Source: Candidatus Heimdallarchaeota archaeon
GTDB lineage: Archaea; Asgardarchaeota; Wukongarchaeia; Wukongarchaeales; JBHIFL01
Direction: 5' to 3'
DNA length: 34,995 bases
NCBI GenBank assembly: GCA_046761065.1
Contig: JBHIFL010000047.1
Coordinates: 1-34,995, forward strand
Translations under genes and position numbers: made by a program
The notes under the pieces: model-generated
The model's database searches: none
Seen by the model: only the letters and a program-made list of their open reading frames with translations
Told to the model about the DNA's origin: nothing
Shown here: positions 27,854-34,995 of the stretch, in pieces
How the letters are laid out: every line of letters starts with the position of its first letter
How positions within the stretch are numbered: position 1 is the stretch's first letter

Positions 27854-28057
27854 CTAGTTCTCTAAGGTCCAGTCCCACCTTGCACCCAGCAAGACTTGAG
27901 TGATACTCGTTATTTTACCACAAAACCGACAGGTAAAATGTGTACAAGTCTTAAATTCTTCTTCTGTAACACCGATGAGCGCCATACAGTTTGAGCAACG
28001 GATCGGGATTAAACCTCTTTTCTGTAAAATCTTCTCTTCCGAAAGAATTTCTATCAC
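27854..28057 (-). CDS. Small Zn-ribbon protein
   Basis: CSNC...CRFCG. GAAGGTG at the GTG start. Confidence 0.55.
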   Translation of the reverse strand: MIEILSEEKILQKRGLIPIRCSNCMALIGVTEEEFKTCTHFTCRFCGKITSITQVLLGARWDWTLEN

Positions 28058-28329
28058 CTTCTGATAAACCCTGTGTCCCTTATTAACATCTGCTCAATAA
28101 ATTAGCAAAATAATACATTTTTTGTAATTGGCTTCCTCAAAAAGAGGTCATTTATTTTTACTCAATTTCACATTAAAACTTTTTCCTTGTTTTAATCTAG
28201 TGTTCATTTAGTGAACTACTCCGTCACTGGGGATAGGGCTTCCCCCTTCACTCTCTGAGATCCTTTCTGTGCGATGTTCCCTGTGGAAGATCGGGGCGGG
28301 GTCACGACAGCCCATTTCGTAGGATACGC

Positions 28330-29407
28330 CTAAGAGACCTGTTCAGAATATTCCGCTGAACAGGTATTCAAGTTGGCATTGTAATCTAACCCGCAGGCAC
28401 AGGTGAATTGCCTCTTGGTTTTATTGGCCTTTAGTGCCACAGCGATGACACAACTGGGAGGAGTAGACCGCATTCACGAGGAGTACAGGGATTTCTTCCC
28501 ACAAAGCGATGTATGCAAGCTAAGATTTGATTTGGAACAAGAATATAGAATGAAGTTTGTGATGATTCTTCTATCATCGGGGATATCCCTTTCTCTGGGG
28601 GATTTTATGGTGCTTCAAGACGCCTACTGCGATGACTGGTTCAAACCGTTCTTCCGTAGTTCGATTGTCTTGTTGATAACCTATATGGTTGCCTTGTGAA
28701 GGATACCCCACACTTTCTTTTGCTCCTTGTTGCCGATTTTCTTCGCAATTCTCAGGACACATTTCACCTTCTTCCTCCCAATTTGCATGCGGAGGCAGGT
28801 ATAGTGCGCTTTGATTGCCGAGTCTTCGGTCGCATGAAATCCCACGTCTTGGGCAGCCTCAGCCCACCACGCTACAGACACGAGGGGGATTGCCATTCCT
28901 ACGTCACAAGTGATAACTGCCAGTTTTGAGGGGTTGAATGCGAAGATCGGCTGAACTTTCTTCTGAACGGTGAGTTGGAGTTAGAAGCGTCCTTTTGTTC
29001 GAAGAAGTTTCGGCTCACAAACTTCATACTCCGTTAGAAACTCACAATACGGTTTAATGGCAATCAAACTCCCCGCCACCACCTCCCTTCACCAGGGATT
29101 CGCCCTCAGAATTTGGCAAGTTTCGTATTTTGTTGTGTAACTCTGATTAAGTCCTTGCGGATGTAAACGGAATACTCTTGTTGGGTCTAATCCTCTTATA
29201 GCGCCGCTTCGCCTGTTGCTTATTTGCAGGATACACTCCTAAATCGGTTCCAGTCTGTAAGAAGTGGTGCAATTTACCATATTCTTGATTTAAGATATCT
29301 CATTTGATCTTAGTCAGATGTATGATGCCTCATCGGATCGTCTTCCGGGCGAGATGTGGTTTTAGGGTCTTCGGAGGATAGAGGCGATAGGTGTATGTGT
29401 GGCGCAT
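28330..29407 (-). pseudogene. tnpB: TnpB RNA-guided nuclease pseudogene
   Basis: MRHTYTYRLYP start, RuvC-I VITCDVG, LHKAT, VNAVYSSQLCHRCG, FTCACGLDYNANLN. Many stops and frameshifts. Confidence 0.85.
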
Positions 29408-29469
29408 CGGAGATTGCTTCTCCCCTTACTATTACGTCCAATGGGGTTTTTCAACTTTAAGGGCAGATC

Positions 29470-29760
29470 CGTATAAATAGATTCCTGACGAATTCTCTTG
29501 TGGGTCGGTCTTTTATATGCTTTTCCGAGAAGATAAAGAATTCTCCTATGAGATTCTTATTGGTCTTGTGCTCTTATAATTAAAGCCCTATACACCTTCT
29601 CGCTGAAACGCAGAGGGTTTCAGGGTATATTCAAGAAGTTCGCAGCGATACGACCAAGTTCCGAGAGGGGTGGATCTGGTCCAGCAGTTATTATGAGAAA
29701 ACTGCCGGAGAGGGGAACAGCGACGTGATCTAAAAGTCGATCGGGCGATTGGAGCAGGGG
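29470..29760 (+). pseudogene. tnpA: IS200-family Y1 transposase (TnpA) remnant
   Basis: IFKKFAAIR...WIWSSSYYEKTAGEGNSDVI*KSI matches the TnpA LWSxSYF/YxxTxG...IxxYI consensus. Presumed HUH motif eroded to GLVLL. Boundaries approximate. Confidence 0.65.
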
Positions 29761-29861
29761 CGAACGACATTAATCCCCATTCCAAGTAACGGGGGCATCT
29801 GCTTTAACTTCTATAAAAAAAGAGAATCTCTTGCCTTAGGGCGAATTTCTCCTTACGACCC

Positions 29862-30494
29862 TTACATAGCACCCCCATTTGCCTGGGTCAGGGCGTTAAT
29901 CTGACGAACAACCCGGGAAAAGATTAATAGTTTCAAATTCAACTCTTCTGGTGTAACAAGCATGTATACCAAATTTTCCGCAGCAGAAAATCGCATCCCA
30001 TTCTGTTCACAAATTTTTCTGACTTGTTCGCCCGGCAAGCTTGAGGGTAAAAGGAGATCGATACGAAAAGCACTCCTGCCACGGCGAACATTGGGGAAAA
30101 AGTGGATTCGAAGTGCAGTGTCATCCATTGTGATAACGAAGTCATGATATTTGCGGGTGATGGGCCAGAATGGGATTTGGTCCTCCACGTACCCACGAAC
30201 AAAGCGGGGGATAGAGATCCTCGTGTATACGGTGTATGAAACCCCAAAGATAAGCAAGATGACGCTTCCGATCAGCCACAACGAGCTCCCCCCAACAGGG
30301 GCAGACACCGCAGTACGTTCTTCGTGAAGTGCGGGTACAGACTTCTCTTCGAGGACGCCTACCTGCCCTTTTTTGCCCCGAAACCCTAAAGAAGCGCCTA
30401 AGATCACCCCTGAGCTCAGTAGAACGATCACTATTACAGCATATCTGAGTAAATAGTATTTTCGTACATCTTCTGAGAGCTGTTCTTCCATCAT
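29862..30494 (-). CDS. Hypothetical membrane protein (2 TM plus soluble C-terminal domain)
   Basis: 210 aa with two hydrophobic helices. 4-nt overlap with the upstream wHTH gene. Confidence 0.7.
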   Translation of the reverse strand: MMEEQLSEDVRKYYLLRYAVIVIVLLSSGVILGASLGFRGKKGQVGVLEEKSVPALHEERTAVSAPVGGSSLWLIGSVILLIFGVSYTVYTRISIPRFVRGYVEDQIPFWPITRKYHDFVITMDDTALRIHFFPNVRRGRSAFRIDLLLPSSLPGEQVRKICEQNGMRFSAAENLVYMLVTPEELNLKLLIFSRVVRQINALTQANGGAM

Positions 30495-30862
30495 TCTTGT
30501 TTCCTTCGAGCATTAATAAAGTCTAGGAGTTGTTCACGGATTTCTTCTCCAGCCTCTTGGCAAAGCGCAAGGAAGAGTTTCATGAGATGTTGCTCGTGAT
30601 TTATTCGAATCGAATAGAGTTTCGGCGTCAACCGATCGACTATAATCAAATTGTCATTCTCCAATTCCTCTATGGGACCTCGATACAAGACATTCGCTTT
30701 TGTGCTGTACCCTGTCATTTTCGCGAGTTGAGTGCCGCTAACCGACTTTGGATAGATGTGAGCCAAGGTTAGCAAGATCTTTCGTTTCGCTGTACTGTAA
30801 GAATGCAAAGTAAGGATGAGATTATATGCATCATTCGCCTCAATATTCAATTCCCTACACAC
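30491..30862 (-). CDS. Winged-helix transcription regulator (ArsR/MarR-like)
   Basis: KRKILLTL...VSGTQLAKMTGYS...IEELENDNLI...YSI. Confidence 0.75.
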   Translation of the reverse strand: MCRELNIEANDAYNLILTLHSYSTAKRKILLTLAHIYPKSVSGTQLAKMTGYSTKANVLYRGPIEELENDNLIIVDRLTPKLYSIRINHEQHLMKLFLALCQEAGEEIREQLLDFINARRKQE

Positions 30863-31259
30863 CTATTAGTATGTTGTTCGGTTATTTACTACAGGTCATG
30901 ACCAATGTGTCTACATAAGATTATGAAATGAACAAGCTCCTTGGGTGTACCCGACACTCTCTATCTTGTCCACAGGGACCGTTTCGGGAGTGCTTTTGCG
31001 AACATGGTATTAATCCTAATTACATCAGCATTGATAAGGATGCCGTTTTTAAATTTGAATAATCTTTGGATTTCAGTTATCCTACGTGTTTCTCTTGGTA
31101 TTCGATGGGTTCCTGATCTAAGAAACTATGAGGAGAAGAGTTCCTAAAGAGAGAGTATGTGCATCACTGTGTTAGCACTGTGTTTAATGAATATATTTTT
31201 AAAAAATCCTTGCCCAAGAATTAAATATTTACTAGCTCGTATTAACGTCCTATGAGAAG

Positions 31260-31970
31260 TTAGATTGCACACCCAGGAGGAATACCTATTATCCAGAAGA
31301 ACAATCCACAAAGGATTGGGTTGAGAAAATTATCCGAAAGAAAGTTGTGTGGCGGAGCTTCGATGAAGTCTGTAGCAACCACGATCAGTGGAGCAAGCAT
31401 CGCCAGAGGGTGAATGATCACAGATCTGTCAATCAAAGCTAACAAAAGGATCACTAAAAAGCTAACGCCGAAAGCAGCAAGTGTCCCTTCAACCGATTTG
31501 TGTTTCGTAAGAGGAAGTCGGTGTTTTCCATAATTCGTCCCTATGATGGCTGCACCTGCATCTCCAAGAGCAGTTATGAGAAGCGCGTATGTTGTAATCC
31601 TCCAGTCGAAAAACAGGTAAATAAGATACCCTGCTATTATATATGGAACATAGGTCCCCATTCGTCCGATTTCTGATTTTCTCGCAAATTGATTGAGGAA
31701 AAACTCGGGATAGTTGATCCGGTAATACTCTAGAGGAAAGACTAAAATTACTAATACTGTAAACAGGATCACTATGACTTCTCTGGAAAAGCCCAACAAA
31801 AGGAGGCCAGGTAGGATCAACACAGCAAGATGAAAGAGCTTTCTTTTGTGTTCAGTTAATTTTCTCTTTTCTTCGTCCCTTGTCTTTGTCCTCGTACAAG
31901 TCGACAAGTTGTGGTTGATTACGTTCTCACGTCTTACTTTGACCTTTGTAGTGGATTTATTCAGGTTCAT
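31260..31970 (-). CDS. CTP-dependent polyprenol/dolichol/diacylglycerol kinase (SEC59/DGK1/VTE5 family)
   Basis: EHKRKLFH, RKSE, ALGDAGAAIIG.NYG, KSVEGT, SDNFL.P. Polytopic membrane protein. Confidence 0.88.
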   Translation of the reverse strand: MNLNKSTTKVKVRRENVINHNLSTCTRTKTRDEEKRKLTEHKRKLFHLAVLILPGLLLLGFSREVIVILFTVLVILVFPLEYYRINYPEFFLNQFARKSEIGRMGTYVPYIIAGYLIYLFFDWRITTYALLITALGDAGAAIIGTNYGKHRLPLTKHKSVEGTLAAFGVSFLVILLLALIDRSVIIHPLAMLAPLIVVATDFIEAPPHNFLSDNFLNPILCGLFFWIIGIPPGCAI

Positions 31971-32043
31971 ACTCCACTCAATATTATTTTATGGGCATGT
32001 AATATTACTTAAATATTATTTTATTAACATATAATATTAAAAA

Positions 32044-32769
32044 ATGCATAAAACATTGCAAAATGCCATAATACATGGAAACTGGAGTGGTCATATTGTG
32101 GTAAATGCTTATTATGGAAACCAAAAAACAATAGGTGTGCTGATTGCAGCTTATAATGAGGAAAAACAAATACAAACCATAATCCGGCGGATCCCTACTT
32201 TTGTGGATGAGATCCTAGTTGTTGATGATGGCAGTCTAGATAAAACGCGAAAAGAGGCGCTTAAGACAGGCGCCACTGTCATCACGCATCGCCGGAACCA
32301 AGGCAAGGGAATGGCTATAAGAACAGGAATAAACCACCTTAAAACCGATATTATTGTGTTTTTAGATGCAGATGGACAGCATAGACCTGAAGAGATTCCT
32401 ATCCTTGTTGCTCCGTTGCTTCAAGGCCAAGCCGATTTGGTTATTGGATCACGCCTTTTTGTGGGGTTCGGGAACATGCCACGGATTCGTGTTCTGAGTA
32501 GTGTAATTACCCGAGCATTAATTCGATTGCGAACAGGGGTTCATATCCATGATACCCAGTGTGGATTCCGAGCAATTCTTCGAACCCACCTCCAAAAAAT
32601 GAAGCTACGAAGCTCACGCTATGAGATAGAGAGCGAGATGCTCCTTGCTGCAATCAAAAACAAGCTTCGTATTAAAGAGGTACCAATTTCGATGACTTAT
32701 GGTGATGAAGAATCGTATTTTGGTGGAAAGGATGTGCTTAATTTTATAAAATCCGTAATTTCAGGATGA
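32044..32769 (+). CDS. GT2 glycosyltransferase, DPM1/dolichol-phosphate-sugar synthase-like
   Basis: IAAYNEE, VVDDGSLD.T, NQGKG.A, FLDADGQH, DLVIGSR, DTQCGFR, YEIE.E. Start may be GTG 32098. Confidence 0.92.
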   Translation: MHKTLQNAIIHGNWSGHIVVNAYYGNQKTIGVLIAAYNEEKQIQTIIRRIPTFVDEILVVDDGSLDKTRKEALKTGATVITHRRNQGKGMAIRTGINHLKTDIIVFLDADGQHRPEEIPILVAPLLQGQADLVIGSRLFVGFGNMPRIRVLSSVITRALIRLRTGVHIHDTQCGFRAILRTHLQKMKLRSSRYEIESEMLLAAIKNKLRIKEVPISMTYGDEESYFGGKDVLNFIKSVISG

Positions 32770-33180
32770 TTAAGGCGTTTTAAAGTGATATCTCGAACAC
32801 CCTCGAAAATATTCCAGCACCCACCGGAGCTGGGTAAGAAACTCTGATTCTCATTTAATCAATCAATTGTTTAAATAAGACATTAACCCTCATTGAATCC
32901 AGATTGAATTCAAAGAAATAATGTTTTATTTATAGATCGTTTGATCTATCCTCAGTTTGATCTTCGTAACGAGATCCAACGCCAATTCCTCACCATTCAC
33001 AATTAAAAACCATTTAAACAATTTTTTAAAATATCTTACCATATGCTTTTAATCACTTGTTCTTGCTCTTTTATAAAAAGGGACATTAGTGGTGAACCAT
33101 GAGATTGCGATACCCCAACAAATATCATTTTTTCATCTGTATAGGTTTAATAGGCATCTCAAATCCCCTTTGAACAATAA

Positions 33181-34086
33181 TTATTCGTCTTTGTTGGATT
33201 GAAAGTCGAGGATATACTCATAGGCACTATTGAGCGCAATAAAATTGGATGGATACCCAAAAATGCCTAATCGTTGAATCTGAGCCTTTTTATTCCAAAT
33301 CAGAATATTGCGGAGCGTAAAATTGAGTTGGTGGAGTGCTTCAATAATGGAAATATGTAGGAAATAAGGAACTACATCGCGAACATTGATCACACACCGT
33401 TTCTGGGGTTTTAAGACATGATAAATCTTAGTAAAAATTGAACATAGTGCTTGAACAAAAGAATCCGGGTCATACAGGCCTAAATCGCGAGGGTCATCAC
33501 TGTATTGCTCCCGAACCTTAAACCGAGGGCCTTTCCGCTTTGATGTATGTAAGCTTTTGCTTGTTCGTTCACGATCCAAAATATTTGCGTAGGGAGGACT
33601 AGTAAAAACCAAATCGATGGAATTATCAGGTAAATACCTTCTCAAGTTGTGAGCATCCGCACAGATAACTTCATAATACGGTAGAAACCCTTTTGGATCA
33701 AGAAATGGGGGGAGACGACCTTGGGCTACTCGTTTACGAGCTAACTGACAGTAGGTAGGATTTAGATCAATCCCAATTCCATGCCGTCGAGTGTCTTGAC
33801 AGGCAAGAAGAGTTGTCCCTGTTCCATTAAAGGGGTCGAGAACAACCTCTCCGCGATGGGTGAACACCTCAATCACCCTTCGGGCAAGCGCGAGAGGAAA
33901 GACCGCAGGATGGATGTTTTTGTCCCGAATATCTCGGGCTTCGTAGGTAAACTCCCAAACCCCTACCATTGCTTTAACCCATTCTTTGCCACTCAAGCAG
34001 TTCAGGCGCTTGGGGGAACACTCACATATACGCCCTACTTTGTTTAACCACGGTATAGGTTTCGATTTTTCTTCCTGAACATTCAT
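33181..34086 (-). CDS. Orphan amino-DNA methyltransferase (N4-C likely), circularly permuted relative to beta class
   Basis: HPAVFP, then VLDPFNGTGTT (motif I), GIDL, DLVFTSPPY (motif IV), VLKP, IWNK, YEYIL.F. Confidence 0.85.
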   Translation of the reverse strand: MNVQEEKSKPIPWLNKVGRICECSPKRLNCLSGKEWVKAMVGVWEFTYEARDIRDKNIHPAVFPLALARRVIEVFTHRGEVVLDPFNGTGTTLLACQDTRRHGIGIDLNPTYCQLARKRVAQGRLPPFLDPKGFLPYYEVICADAHNLRRYLPDNSIDLVFTSPPYANILDRERTSKSLHTSKRKGPRFKVREQYSDDPRDLGLYDPDSFVQALCSIFTKIYHVLKPQKRCVINVRDVVPYFLHISIIEALHQLNFTLRNILIWNKKAQIQRLGIFGYPSNFIALNSAYEYILDFQSNKDE

Positions 34087-34569
34087 GGCATCATCCAGCC
34101 CCTTAGGGATAAATGAAAGCTATCCCAAGCTTTTTGCACCTTCACGAACGCGTGGTAGGCAAATCATTAGGCTTGCTCAAAAAACTTAAGTTCAGCGATA
34201 TCCCACATAAAAACTAATTTGGGAAGATTTTAAGGTTGTCGCCCTTAGTGGGAGAAGCTCCTTACATTCTTTTTTCTATCCAAGAAAAGTTTTAAGTTCT
34301 TCTAATATCGCTAAGCTCTTTATGATAAGTTTGTGAAGCTTTCGTTTCTGTTTCTTTTTCTGCTCTTGTCTATCTGTTTAGATTTCAATATGCTACAAAA
34401 TTCTCTGCTTTTACTAGATAATCACATGTCGAATATAATCAACAATTCGGGGATAATTTTATTTTTGGTATTCCCAGAAATCATAGTCCGGATGCCACCA
34501 TTTAAAAACGCCTATTATAAGGCTTGTTTCATCCCCTTTGGTGGTATTTTTAGAAGCTTGTCAGAATAG

Positions 34570-34842
34570 CTATTCCCACTGTTGAGGAAATCGGAAAGGA
34601 TCCATCCTTTCCTGTTTTTCGTGATCATACTCCTCTTCGAGATCCGCGAGATTGAAGAGGTGACTATACAATGGTCCACGGTTGAAGCCAGAAAGAATCA
34701 CCCTGTCCGATCGCTCCGTCACATAGTCTTTGATCTCCTGGGATTGCTCTTCGGGAACCATCAGAAGGACAAGAAGCTCGCGTTCGTTTGTATCAAGGTA
34801 AAAATTGAAGAGGGTTTCCAACCTTCCGGACATCTGAAGCAA
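34570..34842 (-). pseudogene. Hypothetical protein fragment in a decayed region
   Basis: 90-aa protein-like ORF flanked by stop-interrupted protein-like frames. No family recognised. Confidence 0.3.
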
Positions 34843-34995
34843 AAACCAATACTAAGGATGTGGAGCCGGGTGCAATGACGTTATCTATAATATGACCCAT
34901 GGTACCATAGCCCCTGTTTATCTTAACTTGAGTGAAGATCATATTTTTTTCAGAAAAAAAAAGGAGAGTGGGGGCGACGTCTCACAACCGTAAGG

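Larger units (their letters stand above)
28211..29802 (-). mobile_element. Decayed IS605-type element with divergent tnpA and tnpB
   Basis: Left end (-) TTAAA|GCAGATGCCCCCGTTACTTGGAATGGGGATTAA. Right end (-) GAAGCCCTATCCCCAGTGACGGAGTAGTTCAC. Both genes are relics. Confidence 0.8.

Noticed and set aside
28403-28929. Plus-strand ORFs 28403-28699 and 28696-28929
   Set aside because: They are antisense shadows of the tnpB pseudogene.
34946-34995. Possible 3' end of a stable RNA on the minus strand before a T-run
   Set aside because: Truncated by the window edge, with no tRNA T-loop or convincing 5S motif.
1-34995. CRISPR array, rRNA or tRNA genes
   Set aside because: No regularly spaced repeats or canonical tRNA/rRNA motifs were seen by eye.

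Overview
AT-rich archaeal chromosomal window. It is probably Asgard-like; this is an inference from the gene set (eL-type ribosomal proteins, Cdc48, full-length Hef, UPF0147/UPF0148, PAC2, a large membrane-anchored surface protein). The left third is housekeeping: rpl10e, a large surface protein, a candidate C/D-box guide sRNA whose guide points at wobble C34 of tRNA-Leu(CAA), cdc48 with an atypical 507-aa intein, a small winged-helix gene, rpl39e and rpl31e. Next is the most interesting locus, a divergent four-gene cluster: a gamma-glutamylcyclotransferase and a remodelled GCS2/carboxylate-amine ligase on the minus strand, and a formylglutamate-amidohydrolase-fold hydrolase and a PAC2 proteasome chaperone on the plus strand. 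It resembles an undescribed gamma-glutamyl 'write/erase' system possibly tied to proteostasis (pupylation-like logic). Then come a lone, apparently ATPase-dead HerA/VirB4-like protein with Cys-rich repeats, UPF0147, UPF0148 and hef. The right half is accessory: a 344-bp internally deleted IS200/IS605 element, two unrelated proline-oxidation-type systems, a preQ0-type transporter, pseudogenes, a decayed IS605 (tnpA+tnpB), a divergent polyprenol kinase/GT2 pair and an orphan circularly permuted DNA methyltransferase. All calls rest on motif recognition by eye; no searches were run.
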